From Podarcis pityusensis (taxonomy: Eukaryota): a DNA stretch of 64,000 nucleotides. The stretch is from NCBI GenBank assembly GCA_964106645.2, contig OZ067039.1; one strand, written 5' to 3'. This document shows positions 53,012-64,000 of the stretch, piece by piece. How positions within the stretch are numbered: position 1 is the first letter of the stretch; every line of letters starts with the position of its first letter. A program made the position numbers and the translations under genes. Under the pieces are notes generated by a model. It was not told where the DNA came from, did no database searches, and saw only the letters and a list, made by a program, of their open reading frames with translations.

Positions 53012-53103
53012 CTGGGATGGGAATAACAGGAATGGTTTCGTTTGGCACCACTCGAGGCGAACTGCTGTCTTCCACATAGAAATGAGCTGTCTGAAAACAT
53101 TTT
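53012..53103 (-). CDS. PTPRG: PTPRG coding exon (~human exon 15), juxtamembrane region
   Basis: Translates (R)[30 protein letters not shown](D); acceptor cacag, donor gtaagg; 92 nt, phase 2/1. Confidence 0.97.
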
Positions 53104-53831
53104 CTGTGAATGGAAGAGAAACATCATCAGCACTCTCAGGGCTCTCTGACATTTCTGTCCATGCTAAGCATTTGCATCACACACATGGACAAACACACAC
53201 AAAGTTTTATTTCTGATTTTGTCATGCCAGTGACTCTCAAGTGAACGCTAAAATGTGCTGCTACCAGTCACCATAAACCATCATTTCGTTTAGGAGCCTC
53301 CCGTTTCTTACCTTTTATTAAACAAACAGTCTAGGAAGTTTAGCAGCTGAGAGTGCATGCATTCACTTAAAAAGGAAACTTTTGGGTGTCACTTATTGTG
53401 GTTCAATAACAGCCCTCCTTAAAAGAAAACTAAAACAATCATAACCACACTAGTGTTGGAAACACATAGAACCTTGCCACTTAATGGGCAGCACCTAGAG
53501 CAGAACACCCATAACGGTCACACTACTTCCTTAGGGAAGTTGCAATCTCAACAGGAAAAAAAGTTTGCCTCATTCAACTCTGTGCTGGCTGTGCAAATCC
53601 CCTTTGCAGGCTTCTGCAAAACAACGAGAAGAACACATGCTGCTAAGGAAAAGCCTGTGGTAGATGTCAACTCGGCTTCCTCCCTCTGCGACCCTCCCCT
53701 ACCCCTCCGCTGAAAGGAACGCTGAAAAGGCCAGAGGGCAACTCAGATGCAGCCCACCGATGTTCCCGCCAGCCAGATTTAAAGACTTGAATCTGCTTCC
53801 CTGAACACATTGCAATTGCTGCTCTTTTTAC

Positions 53832-53923
53832 CTGTACTTAATGCAAAGCAGGGAGCACAAGCTGGTCATCACAGAGAAGGCACTGAGGAGGAGAGCATCC
53901 AGAGGTCCAATGAGCCTGTGCAT
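53832..53923 (-). CDS. PTPRG: Candidate alternative first (or cassette) coding exon of PTPRG: hydrophobic N-terminus MHRLIGPLDALLLSAFSVMTSLCSLLCIKY(R)
   Basis: accATG context, in-frame upstream TGA at 53969-53971, donor CAG|GTAAAA in phase 2 matching exon 15, CpG-rich region upstream. Confidence 0.6.
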
Positions 53924-54420
53924 GGTGATGCTAAGCAAGGCAGGGCTTTCCAGCAGCCACGTCACTGCTCATTGCTGCCTTAATGAGCTGCTTGAGGCTG
54001 GGACTGAATATTTAATGAGCCTTGCTCAGCGTGAGCAGCTATTGTGACAAGCAGAGGGGCTGCTCTCAGCTGTCAGGAGCTCTTAACAATAGCCTGGACA
54101 GAGCAGAGAGAGAGAGAGCCCTCTTCCTGCCTCCCTTAATGAACTGCTGCTCCTCAACACCTGTGCGGGGTCCTGAACGCCTCCGCCTCCGCCGCGATTA
54201 GCTTCCCCGGCACGCAAGCCACTGCCTCTGCTTGTAAAGGTTTGCAGCGGTCTCTCTTCCGCACAGCACGGCTTCTGGAATTACGGCCAAGCAGAAAAGC
54301 CCACTCCATCCCGCCAGCTTTGCTGACACTGTCAAAGCAATTTGTAGTGCCATTGTTTCCAGAACAGAGGTACATAGCAGAGGGCTTGGGGGGGGGGTGC
54401 AGGGGGGTGCAGAGAGAAAA
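53924..54420 (-). promoter_or_regulatory. Putative intronic promoter / 5' UTR of the short PTPRG isoform
   Basis: Locally GC/CpG-rich (54160-54320), CRE-like TGACGTG at 53958-53964, three TAATGA motifs (53981, 54013, 54137), G-runs at 54382-54406; no recognisable repeat. Confidence 0.5.
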
Positions 54421-54938
54421 AGGGCAGCGCAACTCACACAGCTTTCAAAGGCCAAGCAAATCTCTTGCAAGAAGTTGGCCAAATGCATGCAGCAGGCCCT
54501 CAATTTCTGAATTCTGCTAACAATCAAAGCTAGGGCTGTCAGATCGAAATGCTCAGAATAAGGAGATTGATGAAGCCGTGGCAGTATTTCTCAAATGTTT
54601 TGAGAATGGCCACCCCATTCTGCTGTCCCGTGAACCCAAAGCCAACTAGCTGAGCATATGGAGATATGGTTGTGTGCAGAAAGAACAAGCCTTTTCTTTT
54701 TAGCCTATGAAACAGAATACTTTCCTCTGAAAGTCCTACCTGGCACCTACCATTTCATTCCTTCAGTGGCAAAGGGTTTGTGTGTGTGTGTGTGCTTGTG
54801 TGTGTGGCAGGGAGCTGGGCAGCCAGCAACAATGGCTGGATTTTTATAATTTTGATTATGCTTTCATTACACTTATGCGTTTTTATTGTAGATTCACGTA
54901 AGTAACTGTGTTGGTCTGACGCAGTTGAAATAAATTTA

Positions 54939-55084
54939 AAAATTGTCCAGTAGCACCTTAGAGACCAACTAAGTTTGTTCTGGGTATAAGCTTTCATGTG
55001 TATATCGGAAGAAGTGTGCATGCACACAAAAGCTTATACCCAGAACAAACTTAGTTGGTCTCTAAGGTGCTACTGGACAATTTT
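54939..55084. mobile_element. Penelope-like element remnant forming a 56-bp perfect inverted repeat
   Basis: Arms 54939-54994 and 55029-55084 are exact reverse complements; gtagcaccttagagaccaact motif typical of squamate Penelope termini. Confidence 0.8.
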
Positions 55085-55779
55085 AAAAATGTTTTTATTG
55101 TATTTATTCTTGTTGCAAATTGCTTTAAGATTTTTAAGTAATACATACATTCAATTAACCCAACCGAACCCGTTGCTTGAAAACAGCCTAGTGCCCCATG
55201 GAAGGATCTGTGGGACTGGCCCAACAATGCCCAGAATGAAATCTGAAGAGGAAAAGACAAGACACTTTCTTATGCACAAGGGATTTTTTTTTGGGGGGGG
55301 GGAGAAACATTTCTCCAAGCTCACATAATCTCAAAATCACTTTGGGATGATGGTGTAAGGAGGGTGCAGTCACTCCATAATAAATCCAAGAAGGGTAGGG
55401 GAGGGTCCTCTGCAGGGGGCATTCAGCCTCTCTGGATCTAGAATGATGGGTGTACATAGGCTCCAGAACACTATCCCTTCCTAGAAATTTGAGCCCCCTC
55501 CAGGCATGAAACTAGTGAGCTGAACTGTTTGAAACTAAGGGTCATGGTCAGTGGAGATGTGATAAAAGGTTATGGGGCATGCACATAACCGAACACACAA
55601 ACAACGTGCACACGATATATACTGTTTATAGCCTATTTTTCATCTAAGTGGAATCCAGGGTTGGGTATGAAATACAGGATGCATAAAATCACAGAATCCA
55701 CAACAATTAACACTTAGAAAACCACTGAAACAATAGGATCAGCGAAAACAACAAAGCTGGCTAATCTAACACTCAAACA

Positions 55780-55960
55780 CACATTTTATCCTGCCCTACC
55801 TCCAAGCCGCTCAAGACAGTGTACTTGAACGTCATCCTATTTCCCCCCTGCTCACCACAACAATCCTGGGATGTAGATTATCGGTTGAGAGATTGTGGCT
55901 GGGTGAAGGCCACCCACTTTGTGTCACGGCTGAGTGAGGATCTGAACCCTATATTCAGTG
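55780..55960 (-). mobile_element. Degenerate Squam3/MIR-like SINE
   Basis: Reverse-complement similarity to the 23285 element (cacaacaatcctgggatgtag...ggttgagagattgtggctgg...gatctgaaccc). Confidence 0.55.
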
Positions 55961-58175
55961 GCTCTCGGGGATATCATAATAGGGACATCTGGCAGCCCCC
56001 AAACAACTGTGCTCTTGATGAATAACGAAAGCAATGGCAGCTAAATTCATAGGGCCGCTGAAACAATATGCAGCCACCAAAGAACACATTCTATAGCATC
56101 ATTTTACTCACAAGCAGGCAGCTGCTTCCACACAGACCATCTCCTAACAGCTGTACTTTTCTGGTAACATTACTTTGTAGTGAAATGATACCTGGGAATC
56201 CAAGGTGTGTGACATATGATCAAATATGTGTGGTGTATGACCAAACATTGTGACGTATGTGACGTATAATGAAATATTCCTTCACAAATCAGTTTGTTTC
56301 TTCCCTTAATATCCTGACTGCTCTTTCTCCTCCTGATTGTAAGTAAAGATAGACTTGGTTTCTGCTCAGGCCGCCTTTACTATAGACTATGAACACCCTG
56401 GGGGCACAAAGGGGAATAAATCAGTCACAGCAAGGGAAGGCCTATGAATATGGATCAGGTAGAACGTGCATGTGTTTGAAGCATTTAGGATTTTCTCCTT
56501 TGAGTAAAATATTCAGCAAAATCCATGGAGGATGGCTTTTGATATCATGCTCTTCATTTTAGTGTTTTTTTATATTCCTCCCGCCCCCCAAACGACAACA
56601 AGAAGGAAAAAAGTAATAATCCCACACCGCTTCCATCCCTCCAGTTGTTCTGTGTAAGAGTCACATTTATTAATAACAAAGCTAGTCTGATACAAATTGA
56701 TCATCTTATGTTTAACACTGAACCTTGTTTGGAGGTCCAGTGTAACTAAGAAAAAATGGCCAGGTTAACAAACATTCCACCAAGTTAGCCTGATTTTGGC
56801 TTATCCTGATCTAAACAGGACCAAAATAGTTTGAACTATTGTCTTTTAAATACTGACATGTCCATCTTCCAGTTTTGAGCAATTCTAAGCTTAGCTGTAA
56901 CTAGGCTTCTGATATTATTTATCAGAAGAACAGCATGTAAGACAAAAACCTACCATCTGCCACATGTGGGGAAGTAGCATCACAAAAATGAATCTTAAAA
57001 AGAAAAGATGTGTGACAGAGACCATGTGTACATGGAGGAGTAACTGATTTATGGTCATATAACATCTGAGGATATTTACACATCATGTTAACTCACACTC
57101 AGGTGTTTGTTCAGTACAGAGGGTTCCCTGATGATCTTCAGAACCAGGTGACGATAGAAAGCGATGACAAAAATTGTCACATGAATCAGCCTTTCGCCTA
57201 GCTTCATAGCTGGATGTGCTATGGAATTCTTTCAAACAAATACCTAGCACTGTAGCTTTGTCAAAACCTTGAATGGCTGTAACAGAGTCATTCCATTGGC
57301 TCATTCAGTACAGACATAATGATACCCTATTGCCTAGCTGTGGTTGAGCAACCAGCAGCCCCTGAACTTTTGGATCCCCCCCCCTGCCAACACATACCTA
57401 TTACCCAGTGCAGACACTACTCTCTAAATTTTGAAGGCAACAATGGTTAGTTTTCTATGTATGCCAACATTTTCTCTGTGGCAGCCATCTGTCTCCAGCT
57501 ACCCTGTGGGAAGGATTCCAGGAGAGTAAAGTAGGCAAGCGAAGACTGTCTCAGAGCCTCTTCCAGCTAGACTCTCCCTTCTTTCTTCCTACAGGGCCAT
57601 CTGCCCTGTAGGAAAGACTGGATATCAATAACTGGGGAGGTGGGGGACAAAGAAGCGGGGAGAAGGGTGGGCGAAGACTCCGAAAAACGCCCCTCATTGC
57701 CTAGTGACGTTTAATTGATCTCGCAGTGTTACATCTACACCAGCCACTGGTGTATCTTCCAGGAATAACTTCTTAAAAATATTAGTGCCAAGACTGGAGG
57801 GCTTGTGTACCAGTATCTGGGATTCCCTCACGCTAAAATCAGCAGGGCTCACAGCAGAATAAACAGGCTTGGGATCGTGATGTACGTGATCTCAATGCCT
57901 CCCCCAGCCACAACTTCTGTTCCTTTAAACAAAGGCAGTCCCCTACGTGTGGGCAGATCACTATTTGAACACATACTTATGCACTTGCTTATAGCATAGC
58001 ATAATAGCAAAGAACTTGCTAAGACCACAGGAAATTGAGGCTTTAGTTTATTGCAAAATCTGGAAATTGTCAACTGAAAGCTATCTATCAGGAGGGGCCT
58101 GATCCTACCTTTTTTAATGCTACAGAGTTTAAGAGCATATGTCAGGCTCTATGAAAAATATTTTAGTGCTGTCCA

Positions 58176-58550
58176 GTGACGCAGGTGGTACTGTGGTCTA
58201 AACCACTGAGCCTCTTGGGCTTGCTGATCGGAAGGTCAGCGGTTCAAATCCCTGCAACAGAGTGAGCTCCTGTTGCTCTGTCCCAGCTCCTGCCAACCTA
58301 GCAGTTTGAAAGCACACTAGTGCAAGTAGATAAATAGGTACTGCTGTGGCAGGAAGGTAAATGGTGTTTCCATGCACTCTGGTTTCCATCACAGTGTTCC
58401 GTTCTGCCAGAAGTGGTTTAGTCATGCTGGCCACATGACCCGGAAAGCTGTCTGTGGACAAACACTGGCTCCCTCAGCCTGAAGCAAGATGAGCGCCTCA
58501 CCCCATAGTCACCTTTGACTGAACTTAACCATCCAGGGGTCCTTTACCTA
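58176..58550 (+). mobile_element. Sauria SINE (Squam1), lacertid type, near full length
   Basis: tRNA-like head (gtggtactgtggtctaaacc...ggttcaaatccc), diagnostic body (cctagcagtttgaaagcac, gctggccacatgacccgga) and tail ggggtcctttacct. Confidence 0.9.
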
Positions 58551-59335
58551 TATGGAAACTCAGGTTTCCGAACATGTGACGAACATGTGACATGTGAAAA
58601 GTGTGATGAAGAACATTTGCACTAGAACATTTCCAATTAGTCCCTTCACCCAAACATGCAGGTGTGGGTGCAGGTCCATGAGAAACTGCACAGGAACTTG
58701 TTCCAGCAGGTAATGGTGTCTTGCTAGTACTGCAGTAAGCTAACATCATACCATGATGATGAGCGCATCTGGAAGGACAAAGGTTCCCCATACATGGGAT
58801 TGGAAATGCTTCTCAGCACATCTCCACCCACCCTCCTCTTTCCCAAGTGCTCCATTCAGATATGCTCAAAATGTAGTGGCAGATAGTAAAGACAGGACAG
58901 ATTCAAGCTCAAAATGAGTCTCAAATCAGCAACCCTTAAAAGTAATTTCAACTCAAAAACAGCCCACAGTCTGACACTGGAAGCTTTGTACCACTCACGC
59001 TGGAATATATCTATAATGGATAAAATTACACATAATTTGAGATTTTGACAAGGCTAGACCCTCCAGACACTTTTTATATGATTTGGCTTTCTTTTATGAC
59101 ATATATAGCAGAACCGAAGCTTTGAAGACAAACCTTGTCACAAGCCTGGCAAATCTGGAACTAAACTTGATGAGCTGATAGCATCAATAGTCTTTACTCG
59201 GGTTTTGCTATTTTAACTCATGTGCAACTACTCATTCTACGTGCCTAATTTATAGTTTTGTTTTTCATCTTTTAATTTTTGTCTGTTGCTGTAATTGTGC
59301 TCTCTGTTTCATATGCATTTTAAAGTGAAAGAATA

Positions 59336-59381
<46 letters not shown>
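59336..59381. repeat. (AAT)n microsatellite
   Basis: About 15 units. Confidence 0.95.
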
Positions 59382-59386
<5 letters not shown>

Positions 59387-60613
59387 TTTATTATTCATAC
59401 CCCGCCCATCTGGCTTAATTAATAATTATTTATACCCTGCCCATCTGGCTTTGTTAATAAAAAATCTTAACAAAAAAAATTCAGTAACCCTTAATTTCAT
59501 TATCAGAATATCTCAACACAGCAGATTTCAGTAGAGTGTTGTATCGTTTCAACTCAACTACAAAGTCTATGCAGGGGCTCAGAGAGGAAGGAGCCACACA
59601 CAAAGATATGGCTACCTCAACAGGCCCAAGGCCAGCTCCTGAGGGTGTGGGCTGAGCTGTTCTTTGTTCATGAACTCACTGGGAGGTGTCCTCCAAAGCC
59701 CTCCCTCCTTACCCTCCTGAAGCCTTGCCTCTTGACACCCAATACCCATTTTGATTCCTGCTTCCTTCATTCCTTCTCTAGCATCCAGTTTTGTTTTGCT
59801 TTGGTGGTGATGGTGGTTAACCGAGGGTATTAAATAATAAGAACAAACAAAAGTAAAAAAACCACCCCTGCAATACTAATATAATATAGTTTGAAATCAA
59901 GTCCATTTGGAATTAGAAGAACTTAAATTGGGCCTATTGCCTACTCTGCCAATGAGTCCTAATAATCTATTTATTACTGTGAGCTCAAGGTACTTGAGGT
60001 ATCTCCTCAGAAGTCAGAATGACATTTTCAATGACTGCATTTGAACAAGCACCCAAATCCACGTGGAACAGAAGTATACAGTTCCAAACCGAGTGAAATA
60101 CTTTTAGGCTTCAAGAAAGAATTCCACAATCTCATAGCTGAAATGGTATCCATTCTCCTTTCCAATTCCAGGACAATCCAGACAGCCCACACATGTTTTC
60201 TGCAAATTACTGAGAACTCTGTTGTCTTTGAAAGAGACTAGTGTGCTCAGTGAAGCAGTCCCACTATTCTCTCAGCACAGCCTTCCTAAACCCCATATGC
60301 TTTATTTCTTGGCTGGCTTTCCTCAGGGAACAATCACTGTGTGAGATCTCAGACATCAGACAGGCCATTGTGAAAAGGAATTGCGGGTATGGGCAAAAGG
60401 GAATTGCGGGTGGGTGGGACTACCACCAAAAGTCTTTGAGGGAAGATCCTCCATCACTAAATGGTGGTTGTTGTTTTTTTAACTCAATGACATTAACAAA
60501 TTTACAACATTGAGTATTGCCAAGTGTTCTGTCGGAGTACTACAGATGTGAACAAGGTTTAAAAGGGCATATGCACATATCCATATTCCAGGTATAGGGC
60601 GGTATGTAAATTC

Positions 60614-60660
60614 AAAGAAGAAGAAGAAGAAGAAGAAGAAGAAGAAGAAGAAGAAGAAGA
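60614..60660. repeat. (AAG)n microsatellite
   Basis: About 15 perfect units. Confidence 0.95.
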
Positions 60661-61486
60661 ATGTTCACTGAATTTACTGACTTTAGAGAGCAGTGTGTGT
60701 TTACAAATGGAAACTCCTCCTCAGGTACCAACTCCTTTGCAAGCAGAAAAACAATAAAATACTGCCAATAAATAAAAGGGGTATGGGTTATGTAGAAAAA
60801 CCAGGGGTGCACTTCTCCACCAGCTAGATGGCTCAATGGACTTCCTATGCTCCCGCTGTTGCTTCAGAGCTGCTAGTATTCAGAGGCTCATTGCTTATGA
60901 ATATGCATGTTAAGTTTAGTTATCATGACTCATAACTGCTGTCCCTGAATTTGCCTAACCGCCTTTTAACAGCATCTAATGGCTATTGTTGAGAGTGAGG
61001 GAGACTGTTTGTAGGTGGGTGTTTTAAGCGTGGGTGAATATTTGCATGTATAGGTTGAATTCATCTGTGTGGGTGCTGAGTGAGTGGAAGGGTACTGAGT
61101 GGAATCCTATTTTGACGTTTTATTGTTTTTATATGGCGTTTTTAATTTTTTCTTGGTTTGCCTTGTAAGCTGCTTTGTGATTTATTTGTCTTTTGCTTTT
61201 AATGAAAAATGGTATATAAAAACTAGAAAGCAATAATTGCCACACCTTGCCGCAGTGAACGGCCAAATTATACGTTGGGCATCAGCAGTAGGGCCCCAGT
61301 ATTGGCCCGAGGGAGCTGTATGAAACTTTACCTGCTGAAATTGCAGCACGCAGAGCAAGCCACTCTTGGATTCTGAAATAAACTGCCTGCTAATCCATGG
61401 CTTCATTAACAACATGTGCTATGGATGTACAGATGTGGCCACATGAAGCAGATAACTTTGCATTTTAAAAACATCTGCTCCACCCA

Positions 61487-61513
61487 CAACAACAACAACA
61501 ACAACAACAACAA
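61487..61513. repeat. (CAA)n microsatellite
   Basis: About 9 units. Confidence 0.9.
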
Positions 61514-62075
61514 CTGACAGGTAGCAACTTCTCAGGAATCCTGGAACTGCAACTGGGGCAGATCAAGGCCAACTCCAAAATGACCAAAAGACCAGCATGT
61601 GTGAGCCTCACTGAAGTAAATGGGCGCTATAGAGAAGCAATGATCGGCGAAGTTCATCTCAGGACGACACCTGCCAGCAGTCTGCAAAGCATTAGTTAGG
61701 GTCATCAGTCACTGACTTTTATGAGCAAATCATGTGGGCTCGGGCAATTATGAAGCCCACAAAGAGAAAGCCCACACGAACAACCAATCTACTGAATATT
61801 CATGAACTTCCAGCCTGCCTGTGTGATATTGCACTCATGTGAGAGAGCATCTGTGAGCATCTCCTTCGCAGAGGACACAATGGGGCTGAAAATATCACCC
61901 TTTTTTGACAGGCTTTTACTGCAAGGGTCTAGCTGAAAGATTCCAGAAGGAAGATCCAGCAGGCAGCAGAAGGACATTAGAATGGGAATACTATTGTGCA
62001 ATGAAGTGCCAAATCAGTTCATATATCATGTATGTCGGTATAGTTGCACTTATGGCAAGGCTGACAACCCTCCTA

Positions 62076-62215
62076 CTCTGACTACCTCACTTGGTAGAGC
62101 ATGAGACTCTTAATCTCAGGGTTGTGGGTTAAAGCCCTACATTGGGTGAAAGATTCCTGCATTGCAGGGGGAGAGGTGGACTAAATGAACCTCATGGTGC
62201 CTTCCAACTCTACAA
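62076..62215 (+). mobile_element. tRNA-Lys(CTT)-derived SINE with CR1-type tail (Squam2-like)
   Basis: ggtagagcatgagactcttaatctcagggttgtgggtt matches tRNA-Lys; followed by agattcctgcattgcagggg...cttccaactctac CR1 3' end. Confidence 0.8.
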
Positions 62216-64000
62216 TGTCAGGGATTGAACCTGAAACCTTCTGCTTCCGAAGTATGTATTCTACAATCTACCATACTCTTGTATATATTTCACATACATT
62301 TTATTGGCTTGACAGAGTACTCTGGGAGCGTAGAAAGTTTATTCCATGGGCAGGTCTAAAACTCAAGTGGATTCTGAGCAATCAGACTAAAATGTCACAA
62401 AGCCATACTTTTAGTGTTCTTTTCCACCCTGACTAGCTGTACAAACGTGAAGGGAACATGTATTTAAGAGTAATTAATCTGGGATAAGTGATCTTCAGTA
62501 TACCTCACTCTGTAGATTCAGTGGCATAGAGTGTAATGCTATAGATACAGGATCACATGCCTCACATCAATTAATCAAAACAGCTTCCTGTTTCCATAGT
62601 ATGCAGTACAGTAATGCAGATTAAAAGCCTCTTTACATAAGTGGTACATATTCATAACACTGAATGCAAATCAACTGCCCTTGCTGTACTCACCATTAGA
62701 GTGGCTAAGAGTGGGGGGAAAGGTGATGACCAACTGGAAGTATGGAATCAGAGAGAGTTGGTTATTCAAGATGAATTGAGTACAAGCATGTGATGCACTC
62801 CCATGTTCTATTTATCATCAGAGCCACAGCTTTAGCTAATAGATACATAGGCATTGCAAAACGAGCAGAACCACTTCTTTAAAATCAAGGCTCTTGCAGT
62901 GTGAAGTTTTCCCCATTAAAGAGCTCCAAAAAACCTGGCTGAGCTGGCTAAATCAGGATTCTTGGAGGGAGGGTGATACTTAAGTCTGCCACTGTAGAAC
63001 CAAATGAATGCTCAGGTGGCCAGTGCCATAATGCATTTACATGGCTCTCTGACTACAAATTAATAGTGGGATAAATCCAGCACACAGCTCTTTCCTCCAT
63101 CTTGCCAACACCATCCCCTGAGAATGGCAAAGGAAATTGTGAAACCTTATTTGGGATGACACACAAGGTCCTCTAAGAGTAATTATTCTCTCTGTGACCT
63201 CTGGCAGGGCTGGAACAAGTGAGGCTTTCCCCCTCCATGTATTTAATCAATACTTGGAACATCTGTGCAGGTTACACTCAGTGGTGAGTGAAAAGCTTTT
63301 GACATAAGGGATTTATGAAAACGAAGAAAAAGGAGGATGAGGATGTGCTCTATGGACTACAAATTAACCAGGAAGGTGGGATTTCTTTTAAAAACTTTTT
63401 AATGTTTATGCTCAAATTTAAAACCATTTTAAAGGAGTTCGCATGCCTGACCTAAAACACAACTGGTGAAATCCAGTGGAGTCCATTCACTAACAGAAAG
63501 GACTTCTGTTTGTAGGAGGCTTCTGTTCCCCCTCCCCATGACCCCCATGTGGGAGCTTTTGGAGGGGTGCAGACAAGAGGAATGGGAAGTCCATTCACAT
63601 AATGTTGGATGTTGTCCAAACGGAACGGAGTTATTTAATGAATGAAGGTGCTTTATTTTGAATGCATATCCTAAATCTTGTTTATGACAGTTCTGCATGG
63701 TGGGGCGCAGAACTGTGGGGATGGGGCATCCCCCTAAACACTTAAATTGATAAATGCTAGGCTTTTGGGTTATTGGTGATATGAAGGCAGAATATAAGCT
63801 GCAAAGGAATTCCTGGGTAGCCTGGCCAAACTTCTAGCACCAGGTGTGACCAGAGACTGGAGATTTGGAAGGTTGCCAGGGTAACTGCTCTGGGAGGAGG
63901 GCAAGGGGATTCTGGGAAGAAGAAAGGGTGAGATCCATCTTGGTGAGGGGCAAGGAAGGACTGCCTGCAATGCTTTGGGTCATGCTATAAGATCTGGACT

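Noticed and set aside
60612-60836. Hydrophobic ORF with poly-Leu as a possible TM exon
   Set aside because: Poly-Leu comes from the (AAG)n microsatellite; non-ATG start, weak donor, and no similarity to the PTPRG TM exon
62076-62150. tRNA-Lys(CTT)-like sequence
   Set aside because: Acceptor stem and B box are mutated and it is fused to a CR1 tail, so it is a SINE head and not a tRNA gene
53104-64000. Search for the PTPRG transmembrane exon and the mammalian 29-aa juxtamembrane cassette
   Set aside because: No match found by eye; presumed upstream of the window or absent
1-64000. Prokaryotic-type systems (CRISPR arrays, operons, defence islands)
   Set aside because: The sequence is a spliced vertebrate gene with squamate repeats; no regularly spaced repeat-spacer array was seen

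Overview
Vertebrate (squamate, most likely lacertid lizard, judging by Sauria/Squam1, Squam2 and Squam3-type SINEs) genomic DNA. The whole window lies in the 3' half of PTPRG (receptor-type tyrosine phosphatase gamma) on the minus strand. I traced 16 coding exons (about human exons 15-30) with GT-AG boundaries. They join into one open frame (1954 nt) covering the juxtamembrane region, the active D1 domain ([13 protein letters not shown]) and the inactive D2 domain (HDEYG), ending at TAA 8052-8054. A long 3' UTR probably follows, down to about 1570. The extracellular and transmembrane exons are upstream, outside the window. The introns carry typical squamate repeats (SINEs, CR1/L2/L1 fragments, Tc1/mariner and hAT MITEs, a Penelope inverted repeat). 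The best leads are two intronic segments that look like alternative first coding exons. One (53832-53923) encodes a short hydrophobic signal-anchor-like N-terminus that would splice in frame to exon 15. The other (42783-43011) encodes an MGxxxT myristoylation motif, a Cys-Cys pair and an acidic linker that would splice in frame to exon 16. Both predict ectodomain-less, membrane-tethered PTPRG isoforms; no transcript evidence is available here. Also noted: an apparent 9-nt splice-acceptor shift removing GQK from D1, an AT-rich hAT element with intact TSD, and a decayed hammerhead ribozyme inside the Penelope hairpin.
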